A stretch of DNA of 64,000 nucleotides from Deltaproteobacteria bacterium. GTDB taxonomy: Bacteria > Myxococcota_A > Polyangia > Polyangiales > Houyiibacteriaceae. The notes below the pieces were generated by a model, which ran no database searches, was not told where the DNA came from, and saw only the letters and a program-made list of their open reading frames with translations. A program made the translations under genes and the position numbers. This document shows positions 35,826 through 46,381 of the stretch, in pieces. Each line of letters opens with the position of its first letter. Position 1 is the first letter of the stretch. The stretch spans positions 1 to 64,000 of the forward strand of contig JAXMNT010000029.1 in assembly GCA_034670305.1 (NCBI GenBank). Reading direction: 5' to 3'.

Positions 35826-36739
35826 CAGAAGTATCCCTCGCGCTTCTTGCGCTCCATCGAGCCGTCTTCGTCGAAGTCGATGAGCCGACCCTGCCGTTCG
35901 GAGAACGTCGTCATCAGCATCTCTTGGATGACGCCTTCGACTGTGTCGGCTTCAGACTCCACCGCGCCGGAGAGCGGGTAGCAACCGAGGGTCCGGAACC
36001 GGACCGATTTCATTTGCGGCTTCTCGCCGTCCTTCAGCCGCATCCGGTCGTCGTCGACCATGATGAGCGAACCTTCGCGCTCCACCACCGGGCGCTTCTT
36101 GGCCAAGTACAGCGGCACGATCGGAATCTCTTCGCGAAGGATGTAGAGCCACACGTCGAGCTCGGTCCAGTTGCTCAACGGGAACACCCGGACGTTCTCG
36201 CCCTTCGTGATGTTGCTGTTGAACAAGGTCCAGAGCTCGGGGCGCTGGTTCTTCGGATCCCACTGATGGAACCGATCCCGGAACGAGTAGATGCGCTCCT
36301 TGGCGCGTGAACGTTCTTCGTCGCGGCGGGCGCCGCCGAACGCGCAGTCGAAGCCGTGTTTGTCGAGCGCCTGCTTGAGCCCGACGGTCTTCATGATCGT
36401 CGTGTACTTGTTCGATCCGTGGTCGAACGGGTTCACGTTCTGCGCTTTGCCCTCCTGGTTGGTGTGAACAATCAGGTCCAGGCCATGTTTGCGCGCGGTG
36501 TGATCCCGGAAGGTGATCATCTCCCGGAACTTCCAGGTCGTGTCGACATGCAACAACGGAAACGGCAGCGGGCCGGGCGCGAACGCCTTCAGGGCCAGCC
36601 GGAGCATCACCGAAGAGTCCTTCCCGATGCTGTACATCATCACCGGGTTGTCGAACTCCGCGGCGGCTTCGCGAAGAATGTGGATGCTTTCCGCCTCGAG
36701 TTGCTCGAGGTGGGTGAGTCGTCGTTGAAGTTCCGTCAT
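35825..36739 (-). CDS. cysD: Sulfate adenylyltransferase subunit 2
   Basis: [39 protein letters not shown] and KKREGYF. Confidence 0.97.
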   Translation of the reverse strand: MTELQRRLTHLEQLEAESIHILREAAAEFDNPVMMYSIGKDSSVMLRLALKAFAPGPLPFPLLHVDTTWKFREMITFRDHTARKHGLDLIVHTNQEGKAQNVNPFDHGSNKYTTIMKTVGLKQALDKHGFDCAFGGARRDEERSRAKERIYSFRDRFHQWDPKNQRPELWTLFNSNITKGENVRVFPLSNWTELDVWLYILREEIPIVPLYLAKKRPVVEREGSLIMVDDDRMRLKDGEKPQMKSVRFRTLGCYPLSGAVESEADTVEGVIQEMLMTTFSERQGRLIDFDEDGSMERKKREGYF

Positions 36740-36802
36740 CGGGAGGGCCGACGTACGTAGCCTCATGCCCGGTCCCCGGCAAGTGGGCGGGGCCGGAGTC
36801 GC

Positions 36803-38689
36803 TCAGTCGCCCGCGCCCACAGGCGGATCGTGCTCGGGGCCTGGCTCTGGGTCGGCCACCACAGGCAGCGAGAACCCGAAGGTCGCCCCGGCGCCTGGCG
36901 AGCGCGCCCAGACCTCGCCTCCGTGCCGCTCGACGATCTTCCGGACGATCGCCAGTCCGATGCCGGTGCCCTCGAACTCGGTGAGGTCGTGCAGCCGCTG
37001 GAAGGGCTGGAAGAGCTTGCCGGCGTATGCTTCTTCGAAGCCGGCGCCGGAGTCGCGGACCTCGTACCGCAGCATGTCGCCTTCGCTCCATCCCCGGACG
37101 TGAACGACGGGATCCTCGGCCTGCGCGCTGTACTTCACCGCGTTGCCCACGAGGTTCGCCCAGACCGTGGCCAGCAAGGTGTAGTCGCCCTGTGCCGATG
37201 GCAGGGGCTCTTCGACGTTCAGGCGCGTGTCGACCCCCTCGGTGGTGGCCAGGTTGAACGCCTCCCGGACGAGGCCGCCCATCTCGATCGGTCGCCTGCG
37301 GATGGCGTCGCGCCCTGCACGCGCGAGCGCCAAGAGGCCGTTGATGAGTTCGCCCATCCGCTGCGCGCCGCCGACGGCCTTCTCCAGGAGGAGGACCGCG
37401 CGGGGGTCCAGGTCCTTGCCGTAGCGCTCGAGCGCCAGGGTGGAGTAGCCCTGCACCGCGCGCAGAGGGGCCCGAAGATCGTGCGAGACCGAGTAGCTGA
37501 ACTGACGGAGCTCCTCGTTGACGAGTTCCAGCGCAGCGGTGCGTTCCTCCAGCGCGGCGCTGGTGGCTTCCAGGGTCTTGCGAGCCTCCGCGCGCTCGGT
37601 CACGTCTCGGGCCACGATCGCGACGCCGCGTTTGCGGTCGAAGTCGAGCGGCGAGAACCCGAAGCTCAGGATGCGGTCCACCACCCGTGCGTCCTCGAGG
37701 GTGGTGCGGACGCCACTCTGCGCGATGTCGAGCGCGCCGCCGATCGTGAGCGCCGCGGGGGCGGCGAAGAGGGAGGGGAAGGGCCGACCGACGGCTTCTT
37801 CCTCCGAGTGGTCGAACAGCCGCTCGGCACCGCGGCTCCAGCTGGTCACGAGTCCCGCCGCGTCGACCGATGCGATCCCGTCGTCGGTCGCATCCACCAC
37901 CGCCGCCACGAGGCGACGGGCTTCGTTGGCCTGGGTCTCGGCGGTCACGTCGCGAATGCAGCTGACGAGTCCAGCGGGGCGACCGTTGTCGTCGCGGACC
38001 ATCGACGTGGACTGGGCGACTCGAATGCTCGTTCCGTCCTTGCAGGTGTGAATGGCTTCCCCGAACCACTCGCCGCCCATCTCCACGCTCTCCCGGGTGG
38101 GCGCATCGCCCGGTCGCACCGGGGTGGCCTTCAGCACCTCGGACAGGGGCAGTCCGAGGACCTCCACGGCCATCCACCCATAGAGCCGTTCGGCCGCTGG
38201 GTTGAAAGTCTCGATGACGCCGGTCTCGTTGGTCACGATGATCGCATCGGAGACCTGGCTGACGATGGCGGCATGCCGGCGGAGCGAGGACTCCGCGCTG
38301 CGCATGTCTCGGATGTCGCGCCACACCAGGCGCGTGGAGACGATGTGGCCTTTCGCATCTCGGACCGCGGTCGCGTTGAGCAGCACGGGGATCGGCGGTC
38401 CAGAGCCTTTGACCTTCAGGTCGAGTTCGGCGTTCCGGACCATGCCGCGCGCTCGAAACATCGCGGACAAGTTCTTGGCTTGTGGATGCGTGCTCGGTGG
38501 GTACCGCTCGAGCACCGATTGTCCGACTACTTCTTCGCGTCGGAACCCTGTGACCCGCAGAAGCGTGCGGTTGCACCGAGTGACGATGCCCGCGGCGTCG
38601 ACGCTCGCGTACATGTCCGGTGCGTTCTCATACAGGTCTTCGTAGTCTCGCTCCCCGGCGGGAGCCTTCGCGGCCGATCCCTCACCCAT
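36803..38689 (-). CDS. Multi-PAS sensor histidine kinase
   Basis: Three PAS-like repeats; H-box SVSHDLRAPL, N-box NLVGNAVKY, DSGAG, FQPFQRL and GTGIGLAIV. Confidence 0.92.
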   Translation of the reverse strand: MGEGSAAKAPAGERDYEDLYENAPDMYASVDAAGIVTRCNRTLLRVTGFRREEVVGQSVLERYPPSTHPQAKNLSAMFRARGMVRNAELDLKVKGSGPPIPVLLNATAVRDAKGHIVSTRLVWRDIRDMRSAESSLRRHAAIVSQVSDAIIVTNETGVIETFNPAAERLYGWMAVEVLGLPLSEVLKATPVRPGDAPTRESVEMGGEWFGEAIHTCKDGTSIRVAQSTSMVRDDNGRPAGLVSCIRDVTAETQANEARRLVAAVVDATDDGIASVDAAGLVTSWSRGAERLFDHSEEEAVGRPFPSLFAAPAALTIGGALDIAQSGVRTTLEDARVVDRILSFGFSPLDFDRKRGVAIVARDVTERAEARKTLEATSAALEERTAALELVNEELRQFSYSVSHDLRAPLRAVQGYSTLALERYGKDLDPRAVLLLEKAVGGAQRMGELINGLLALARAGRDAIRRRPIEMGGLVREAFNLATTEGVDTRLNVEEPLPSAQGDYTLLATVWANLVGNAVKYSAQAEDPVVHVRGWSEGDMLRYEVRDSGAGFEEAYAGKLFQPFQRLHDLTEFEGTGIGLAIVRKIVERHGGEVWARSPGAGATFGFSLPVVADPEPGPEHDPPVGAGD

Positions 38690-38726
38690 CGCTTCCCCCC
38701 ACCCAACCAGTGCTGCGAACTCGAAC

Positions 38727-40703
38727 TCAGGCGACCCTGCGGTCCCTCGCCCGCAGAGCGTGCAACACCCCAGAGAGGATGTCTTTGGGCGTGACGGGTT
38801 TTTGTACGAACATCGCCATCTCCCGCTCGAGCGTTTCTGCGATCGGCCCGGTCGGGCGGAACCGCGAAGTGACGACGAACCCCGCGTTGGGACACACCCG
38901 CTTGAGTTCCCGGCTGAGCTGAAGTCCATTGGCGCCGGGCAGCACGACGTCGGTCACGATGACGTCGATCTTCTCGCGGTGTTCGGTCGCGAGCGCACGT
39001 GCTTCGTCGGCGGTCTTCGCGACGAGCACCCGCAACCGACAGTGTTCGAGCGCGCCGAGCGTGATCTCGCGGGCCAACTCGTCCCCGTCGATGATGAGCA
39101 CGGTCTCTCCCGAGGGCACCCGCGCAGCGACGATCCCAGACTCTGCCGGCCTGTCGGACCGGCGGGCCACTGGAAGGATCACCCGGAACGTGGAACCCAC
39201 CTTGGGTTTGGACACGATCGACACATAGCCCCCGCTCTGTTTCACGATGCCGTACACCGTGGCGAGGCCCATGCCGGACGCGTCCTTTTTCGTGGAGAAG
39301 AACGGGTCGAACACGCGCGGCAGAATGTCGGCGCGGATCCCGCTGCCGGTGTCGGTCACACTCAGCACGGTGTATTCGCCCGGTGCGATCGTGAACCCGC
39401 CGGGATCCACATAGGCCTCCCGGACCTGCAAATGATCGGTGCCGATCACGATGCGCCCGCCGTAGGGCATCGCGTCGCGTGCGTTCACCAGAAGGTTCAT
39501 CAGGATCTGCTCGAGCTGCGTGCGGTCCAGGTGCACGTCGTGCACCAGGGCATTCAGTTCGTGCGCGAGCTCCACGTTCTCCCCGAGCACGCTGCTGAGC
39601 AGTCGTTGCGTCTCCTGCACGACGTCGTTGAGGTCGATGCGTTCCAGCGTTTGTGGTTGGCGCCGGGAGAACGCCATCAGCTGCTGAATCATCGACCGGC
39701 CACGGCCCACGGCCTCAAGGGTCGCGGCGGCGTCGGTCTGGACGTTCTCGTCTTCCACCGCGCTGTGGATGCGGCCGGCGTACGTGCCGATGAGCGACAA
39801 GATGTTGCTGAAGTCGTTGGCCATGCCGCTGATGAGTTGGCCGATCGCCTCCATGCGCTGAGAAGCGTGCAAGGCCCGCTCGAGGTGTCGTTGCTGGGTG
39901 ACGTCCACCATCGTGACCACCACCCGCGCGAGGTCCTCGACCTCGGAGGGCAGCCGCGCCGAGATGGTGAGGTTCGCGCTGCCCTCTGCGGTCATCATCG
40001 TCTCGGTGAACTGGACTTGGCGCTCGCCTACCATGAAATCGCAGAGCAACCGGGTCCAGATGCGGCGCAGCTGCATGCTGCGAGAGCTTCCGCGCACCAT
40101 GCCGCGTGCCGCGTCGTTGGTGTGCACGGTGACCACTCTGCCGGCCGCAGACGCGATCGCTTCCTCCACCCGAACCCCTGCGCTGCGGTCTCGGCACAGC
40201 GCCGTCCACGCACCGCGGGCGTCGATTTCCCACACCCCGACGCTGAGACTCTCGAGGATCTGGCGGTTCCGTTCGGCTTCTTGAGCGAAGGCTGCCTCCG
40301 CTTCCCGCACGCGCTCCCGCCCAGCCTTTTCGCGCAGCGCGCGTCGGACCGCGTCGCACAACCGGCCGGTTCGGTTCTTGTCCACGAAGTCGCTGACGCC
40401 CGCGCGGATGGCTTCGACCGCCCGCTCTTCGCCGATGTGCCCGCTCACCAGAATGAAGGGGACCTCTTGGCCCAGCTCCTCGAGGATCTGAAAGGCCTTC
40501 AGACCGTCGAACCGCGGCATCGAGTAGTCGCTCAGGATCACGTCCCACGGCTGGCGGAGCGCCTGGCGGTAGTCGGTTTCCGTGCAGACCTGGAGGCGGC
40601 CGTCGATTCGAAACTCGGCCTGCAGGCACTGCAGCAGGAGGTCGGCGTCGATGGCCGAATCCTCGACCATCAAGACCCTGAGCGATGTTTGACTCGACTT
40701 CAC
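38727..40703 (-). CDS. Hybrid REC - kinase - REC protein with the H-box His replaced by Asn
   Basis: N-terminal REC (VEDS, SDYSMP, DK); GMANDFSN H-box; NLLVNARDAM, DTGSGI, FDPFFSTK; C-terminal REC. GTG start with GGAG upstream. Confidence 0.88.
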   Translation of the reverse strand: MKSSQTSLRVLMVEDSAIDADLLLQCLQAEFRIDGRLQVCTETDYRQALRQPWDVILSDYSMPRFDGLKAFQILEELGQEVPFILVSGHIGEERAVEAIRAGVSDFVDKNRTGRLCDAVRRALREKAGRERVREAEAAFAQEAERNRQILESLSVGVWEIDARGAWTALCRDRSAGVRVEEAIASAAGRVVTVHTNDAARGMVRGSSRSMQLRRIWTRLLCDFMVGERQVQFTETMMTAEGSANLTISARLPSEVEDLARVVVTMVDVTQQRHLERALHASQRMEAIGQLISGMANDFSNILSLIGTYAGRIHSAVEDENVQTDAAATLEAVGRGRSMIQQLMAFSRRQPQTLERIDLNDVVQETQRLLSSVLGENVELAHELNALVHDVHLDRTQLEQILMNLLVNARDAMPYGGRIVIGTDHLQVREAYVDPGGFTIAPGEYTVLSVTDTGSGIRADILPRVFDPFFSTKKDASGMGLATVYGIVKQSGGYVSIVSKPKVGSTFRVILPVARRSDRPAESGIVAARVPSGETVLIIDGDELAREITLGALEHCRLRVLVAKTADEARALATEHREKIDVIVTDVVLPGANGLQLSRELKRVCPNAGFVVTSRFRPTGPIAETLEREMAMFVQKPVTPKDILSGVLHALRARDRRVA

Positions 40704-40926
40704 CTGTATTCTCCGTCCCCCCAAAGGCAGGTCCAATAGACCACCGGTTGCACTGTGAGCGGATTATAGCGTCATTTGTGTAATATGCAGCCCAAGGACT
40801 GGCGATTCTGGATCTTTTTTTCACTGACCTCGGAATGTCGACCCTGGGACTGGAATCCATGCGCCCCCGTTTGGGGACACCCACCCGCCGTGAACGCGAA
40901 CGGCCCAGTTCGCCTATGATGGAACG

Positions 40927-43900
40927 ATGTTTCGTGTCGCCGTCTCCCTCAGCCTGCTCTTGATCGCCCAGTACGGGCTTCTCGAAACCCTGTCCGCGTC
41001 TGCCCAGACGCAGGTCAAACCGCGCTTCATGATCCTGTTCGACACGTCGGGCTCGATGGCGGTCGACCTCGACGGCAACCCGACGTTCGGAGACGGGGTG
41101 CCCGGCGTGACCGAGGGACTGGACACGGACTGCGACGGCGAAGCCAACGACAGCCGCATGTTCGTCGCGAAGGAAGCGCTCACGAACATGGTGCTCGCGT
41201 TCGGCGACATCGAGTTCGGACTCACTTCGTTTCCACGGTTCGCCGCCGACCGCGTGGCCTGCACGAACGACCCGGGCCACGGCATGCCCTTCGCGGTCAC
41301 ACACCGCATCCAGGACCAGGAGTGCAACATCGCGTCCGGTCCGTTCGTCGGCGGCATCGGCGACCCGACGCTGAACACCGGCACCGCGCTCAACAACGGC
41401 AACTGCGGCGCCGAGTGGAACGGCATGCCCGGCATCGACCTGCCCATCGACGGGATCCCCGCGGCGTGTCGCCCCGGTACGCCTGGCAACCCGGCGGCGC
41501 GGCTCTGGGCGGCGGGATCTCCGAGCTTCTGCACCAACTACCTCGGCGCGTGTCCGGACACGGTCTTCCCCGGGCTCTACACCTTTCCCGACGGCGACGT
41601 GCTGGTCGGCTTCAACGGCTTCGGTTGGCCGACCACCATCGACAACCGGGTCGGCATCCTGCGGTGGATCGACAACGAAGAGACGCTCTTCGATCCGTCG
41701 ACGACGACTGGCAACTACTGCAACCACGCCACCGGCCGCGACTGCGAACTGCGCAGCACTGGGCCGACGCCGCTCGGCGGCACCCTGCGCGCGGCGCGCG
41801 ACTACATGCTCCCCATCCGCGCCGGCGATTCGGTGGGCAGCTGCCGTCCCTACACCGTCTTGTTGCTCACCGACGGTGCCGAGACCTGCGACGCGGCGAC
41901 CGCGCCGGTGACCACCGCGGGGGAACTCGCGGCGGCCGGCATTCCCGTCTACGTGGTCGGGCTCAGCATCGGACCGGGTGGGCGCACGCTGCTCAACGAC
42001 ATCGCCACCGCGGGCGGCACCGACGCTGGCGCTGCGGGTGGCGACACGGCGTTCTTCGCAGACGACTCCGTCACCCTGGCGGCCGGCCTCTCGGACATCG
42101 TCGCCGACTCGCTCTTGATCGAAGAGTGCAACGGTGTGGACGACGACTGCGATGTGCTCATCGACGAAGGCTTCGTGAAGTTCTGCAACCGTCCGGCTGG
42201 GGTCACCACGCAGAGCCTCTGCGCCAACCCCGGCGAGACGGTGTGCGATGGCGTCGACGACAACTGCGACGGCCGCATCGACGAGGGGCTGCTCAACGCC
42301 TGCGGGGCTTGCGGTCCGCCGCCGGCCGAGGTGTGCGACGGCGTCGACAACAACTGCAACGGGGTCATCGACGAAGGCGACGTCTGCGCGATGTGTCGTC
42401 CCGAAGCGGAGATCTGCGACAACGACGACAACGACTGCGATGGCTTGATCGACGAGAGCCTCTCCCGCGCATGCGGCGTGGATCTCGGCGAGTGCCGCGC
42501 CGGCACCCAGGTGTGCACGGCGGGCGTGTTCGGCGCGTGCGACGACGTGGGCCCGACCCCCGAGATCTGCGATGGGCTCGACAACGACTGCGACGGGTTG
42601 CCCGACAACCTGACGCGGCCGTGCGGTTCCGACGTCGGCGAGTGCAGCCCAGGCATCCAGCGCTGCATCGCGGGCGACTTCGACACCACCTGCGAAGGCG
42701 AAGTCGGACCGGAACCGGAGAGCTGCAACGGGCTCGACGACGACTGCGACGGCCGCACCGACGAGATGGTGCCGGGCACCGGCGTCGCGTGCGGCGTCTC
42801 CGAAGGCGTGTGCATGCCGGGCATGACCGCCTGCGTGGACGGCGCGATCGAATGCGCGGGCGGCACCGGGCCCACCGAAGAGGTGTGCAACGGACTCGAC
42901 GACGACTGCGACGGCCTCGTCGACGACGGCATCTTCGTGGGCACGCCCTGCGGCACCGACGTCGGTGAGTGTTCGCCCGGATTGAACCGCTGCGTCGATG
43001 GCGCAGTGGAGTGTGTCGACGCGATCGGTCCCACGAGCGAAGCGTGCGACGGACTCGACAACGACTGCGACGCGGCCGTCGACGAAGGCCTCGGCATCGG
43101 AGAGCCGTGCGGCGCGGACGACGGACTCTGCATGGCGGGATCGCTGCAGTGTGTGGACGGACTCGAGACCTGCGTGGGCGAGGTGCCACCGGGCCGCGAG
43201 ACCTGCGACTGCGACGACAACGACTGCGACGGAGCGATCGACGAGGAACCGGAGCTCGGTTCGCTGTGCCCCGACACCAGCACCTGCGTGGAGTGCCAGT
43301 GCGCGCTGCCGTGTCAGGTCACCGAGTTCGGGTTTGGATGTCCGACCGGCCGCGCGCCGCGCGAAGTCGGCGACGAGTGTTTCTGCGTTGCCGAACGGTG
43401 CTCGCCGGAGGTGTGTGAAGGCGAGACCGTCGAACGCGAAGGCGACGTGCTGTGCGCGCCGGGCGACGACGGCGTGAGCATCTGCGTCTGCAAGAACAAC
43501 GAGTGCACGTTCCCCTGCGACGGGGTCGTCTGTCCCGAAGGCACCGTCTGCGACCCGCGCGATCCGGCGGGGCGCTGCGCGGAGGACAGCTGCCGCGGGC
43601 TCGGGTGTGCGGCCGGCGAGGTGTGCAACGTCGTGACCGGGACCTGCGACGAGGACCCGTGTCTGACTGCGGACTGTGAAGCGACCGAGGCCTGCCGCGA
43701 AGGCGTGTGCGAACCGTCATGCGCCGAAGTCGAATGCGCGTCGGGCGAGCGCTGCCGTTCGGGTGTGTGTGAGGTCGACCGCTGCGTGGACGTCTCGTGC
43801 GGTGGCCAGGTCTGCGACCCAGCGACCGGGATGTGCGTCGACGATGCGTGCGATGGCGTCCGTTGTCCGACCGGCTCCTTGTGCGATCCGGTGAGCGGCG

Positions 43901-46299
43901 ACTGCGAGGTGGATCCCTGCACGCGGCTGACCTGTCCCGACATGCAAGTGTGTCTGGACGGGGAGTGCACGAGCCCGATGGAGAGCGACGATCCGCCGGA
44001 CGCTGGGCCGCCGATGGAGAACAGCCGTGTGCTCGCGGCGGGCGGCGGCGGCTGCGCCTGTGAGACGGCCGGGACGGGCGCGGGCCACGGGCTGTCGATT
44101 CTGTTCCTGCTCGGGTTCGTCTTCATCCGGCGGACGGGGAGGGGGCGCCGTGGCGCTCGCACCTTTCGCCGGATTGGAGCGGCGGCACGGCGCGTCGGGC
44201 CGATCGCCGCGCTGACCTTGTCGCTCGGTTTGTCGAGCGGCTGCGACGTGACGCCGTTCTGCCTCGACTGCGTGGACGCCGGCGTCGGGGCGATCGACTC
44301 CGGTCCCGACATCGACACCGGCGTGCGAGACGCGGGCCCACCGGACAGTGGACCGGCCGACACCAACACGGACACACCATGCGTGGAGGGTGCGACCGAG
44401 TTGTGCAACGGCATCGACGAGGACTGCGACGGTACCGTCGACGAGGACGCCGACACGAGCAGCGACCCGAACAACTGCGGTGGCTGCGGTGTGCTCTGCG
44501 CACCGGCCGGCGCGTTCGGTGTGTGTGAAGACGGGACGTGCAGTCTCGGCCCGTGCGACGTCGGGTTCTTCGATCTCGATGGCGACCCGGACAACGGGTG
44601 CGAGTACCGCTGCTTGCCTTCCGCGGTGGACGATGCGGTGTGCGATCGCCGAGACGACGACTGCGACGGCACAGTCGACGAAGACGTGGATCTCATGACC
44701 GACGCGGCGAACTGCGGCGCGTGTGGCCGCACCTGCCGGTTCGCCCGAGGCATGGCCGCGTGCGTGGATGGCGCGTGCGAGCTGGCGGGCTGCGACGAGA
44801 ACTTCTTCGATCTGGATGGCGCCGATGGGAACGGGTGCGAGTACGCGTGCGTCGTGGCGTCGCCGGCGGTGGAGACGTGCAACGCGCGCGACGACAACTG
44901 CGACGGCGTCGTCGACGAGGGCAACCCGGACGGTGGCGGCGCCTGTGGTTCGGTGGTCGGCGAGTGCACGAGCGGCACGGAGCGATGCACCGATGGGGTG
45001 CTGGTGTGCGTCGGGTTCGGCGGGCCGACGGCGGAGTCGTGCAATACACGCGACGACGACTGCGATGGCGCCACGGACGAAACCACGAACTTCCAGAGCG
45101 ACCCGAACAACTGTGGTTCGTGTGGCACCCGCTGTGCGGAACCCAACGCGGTGACCCGATGTCAGACCGGAAGCTGCGTAAGGCTCGCCTGTTCTCCCGG
45201 GTTCGTGGATCTCGATCCAGGCGTGGCCGGCTGCGAGTACGCGTGCGACCCGCGCGGCGCCGAAGTGTGCAACGGCGTGGACGACGACTGCGATGGGGAC
45301 GTGGACGAAGGGCTCACGCCGCCGAGCAACTTCTGCAACGCCAACGGCGTGTGCGGCGGGACCTCGCCCACGTGTGACGGGGCCGCGGGCTGGGTGTGCA
45401 ACTACACCGACGCGAACTACGAGGAGAGCGAGACCGCGTGTGATGGACGCGACAACGACTGCGACGGCGGCATCGACGAGACCCACCCGACCAAGGGCGA
45501 CTCGTGTGCCAATGGGCTCGGTGCGTGTGCGCGCACGGGCACCGTTCGATGCACCGCCGACGGGCTCGGTGTCGAGTGCTCCGCGTCGATGGCGGGAACC
45601 CCGACGGCCGAGGTCTGCAACGGGGACGACGACGACTGCGACGGCCGCAGCGACGAGGGCATCTTGCCGGGCGTGTCGGGCTCGGGCGTGGTCACCACCC
45701 TGGTGAGCGGCGGCGTGCACGTCATGCGCTACGAAGCTTCGCGCCCCGACGCGACCGCGGGCGCGGCCGGGTCGGGCAACACCGCGGCGTGTTCCCGGAA
45801 CAACCGCATCCCGTGGACCACGGTGACCTGGCCCGATGCCCAAGCGGCGTGTTGCGCGCTCAACGACGGCGGCGCGTGTTTGGGGGGCGGGCGCGGCTGG
45901 CGGCTCTGTGATGGATCGACCTGGCAGGCGGCGTGCGAAGGGCCGGCCGGCACGTGCGACTGGTCGTACGCGAGCTCGTGCTCCACCTCGCAACCGACGG
46001 TCTGCAACGGCGCGGAGTTCGACTCCGATCCGGGCATGAGCGGCGACCAGGACGAACTGCGCGGCACCGGCACCTTCGGCAGCTGTCGAACGGCGTGGGG
46101 TGGTGCCGGTTCGGTGAACGACCTGAGCGGCAACGTGAAGGAGTGGGTGTTCGAAGAGGTCGCGCCGGGCATCCACCCGCTCCGGGGCGGCTCCTACAAC
46201 AACGTCGAGGACGGGCGCATGTGCGGCTTCGACTTCACCGTGGGCGACGAATCGTTCGCGTTCCCGAACACCGGCTTCCGCTGCTGCTGGCACCCGTAG
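40927..46299 (+). CDS. 1790-aa surface protein: VWA - MopE-like repeats - internal MYXO-CTERM-like tag - second lipoprotein-like signal - MopE-like repeats - FGE-sulfatase-like domain
   Basis: Signal peptide; DTSGSM MIDAS, TPLG and LLTDG; many E.CDG.DNDCDG repeats; GGGGCAC plus TM plus Arg-rich; LSSGC; C-terminal DLSGNVKEW, RGGSY and GFRCC. Confidence 0.9.
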   Translation: MFRVAVSLSLLLIAQYGLLETLSASAQTQVKPRFMILFDTSGSMAVDLDGNPTFGDGVPGVTEGLDTDCDGEANDSRMFVAKEALTNMVLAFGDIEFGLTSFPRFAADRVACTNDPGHGMPFAVTHRIQDQECNIASGPFVGGIGDPTLNTGTALNNGNCGAEWNGMPGIDLPIDGIPAACRPGTPGNPAARLWAAGSPSFCTNYLGACPDTVFPGLYTFPDGDVLVGFNGFGWPTTIDNRVGILRWIDNEETLFDPSTTTGNYCNHATGRDCELRSTGPTPLGGTLRAARDYMLPIRAGDSVGSCRPYTVLLLTDGAETCDAATAPVTTAGELAAAGIPVYVVGLSIGPGGRTLLNDIATAGGTDAGAAGGDTAFFADDSVTLAAGLSDIVADSLLIEECNGVDDDCDVLIDEGFVKFCNRPAGVTTQSLCANPGETVCDGVDDNCDGRIDEGLLNACGACGPPPAEVCDGVDNNCNGVIDEGDVCAMCRPEAEICDNDDNDCDGLIDESLSRACGVDLGECRAGTQVCTAGVFGACDDVGPTPEICDGLDNDCDGLPDNLTRPCGSDVGECSPGIQRCIAGDFDTTCEGEVGPEPESCNGLDDDCDGRTDEMVPGTGVACGVSEGVCMPGMTACVDGAIECAGGTGPTEEVCNGLDDDCDGLVDDGIFVGTPCGTDVGECSPGLNRCVDGAVECVDAIGPTSEACDGLDNDCDAAVDEGLGIGEPCGADDGLCMAGSLQCVDGLETCVGEVPPGRETCDCDDNDCDGAIDEEPELGSLCPDTSTCVECQCALPCQVTEFGFGCPTGRAPREVGDECFCVAERCSPEVCEGETVEREGDVLCAPGDDGVSICVCKNNECTFPCDGVVCPEGTVCDPRDPAGRCAEDSCRGLGCAAGEVCNVVTGTCDEDPCLTADCEATEACREGVCEPSCAEVECASGERCRSGVCEVDRCVDVSCGGQVCDPATGMCVDDACDGVRCPTGSLCDPVSGDCEVDPCTRLTCPDMQVCLDGECTSPMESDDPPDAGPPMENSRVLAAGGGGCACETAGTGAGHGLSILFLLGFVFIRRTGRGRRGARTFRRIGAAARRVGPIAALTLSLGLSSGCDVTPFCLDCVDAGVGAIDSGPDIDTGVRDAGPPDSGPADTNTDTPCVEGATELCNGIDEDCDGTVDEDADTSSDPNNCGGCGVLCAPAGAFGVCEDGTCSLGPCDVGFFDLDGDPDNGCEYRCLPSAVDDAVCDRRDDDCDGTVDEDVDLMTDAANCGACGRTCRFARGMAACVDGACELAGCDENFFDLDGADGNGCEYACVVASPAVETCNARDDNCDGVVDEGNPDGGGACGSVVGECTSGTERCTDGVLVCVGFGGPTAESCNTRDDDCDGATDETTNFQSDPNNCGSCGTRCAEPNAVTRCQTGSCVRLACSPGFVDLDPGVAGCEYACDPRGAEVCNGVDDDCDGDVDEGLTPPSNFCNANGVCGGTSPTCDGAAGWVCNYTDANYEESETACDGRDNDCDGGIDETHPTKGDSCANGLGACARTGTVRCTADGLGVECSASMAGTPTAEVCNGDDDDCDGRSDEGILPGVSGSGVVTTLVSGGVHVMRYEASRPDATAGAAGSGNTAACSRNNRIPWTTVTWPDAQAACCALNDGGACLGGGRGWRLCDGSTWQAACEGPAGTCDWSYASSCSTSQPTVCNGAEFDSDPGMSGDQDELRGTGTFGSCRTAWGGAGSVNDLSGNVKEWVFEEVAPGIHPLRGGSYNNVEDGRMCGFDFTVGDESFAFPNTGFRCCWHP

Positions 46300-46381
46300 C
46301 GCCTCGCCGCCTCCCTACTACATCAAGACCTCGAGGGCATCGGCCCCGCACTGGCTGAACACTTCGACGTGCGCCGGGGAG

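Noticed and set aside
40763-40768. Perfect minus-strand TATAAT upstream of the hybrid kinase
   Set aside because: No matching -35 or extended -10, so too weak to call.
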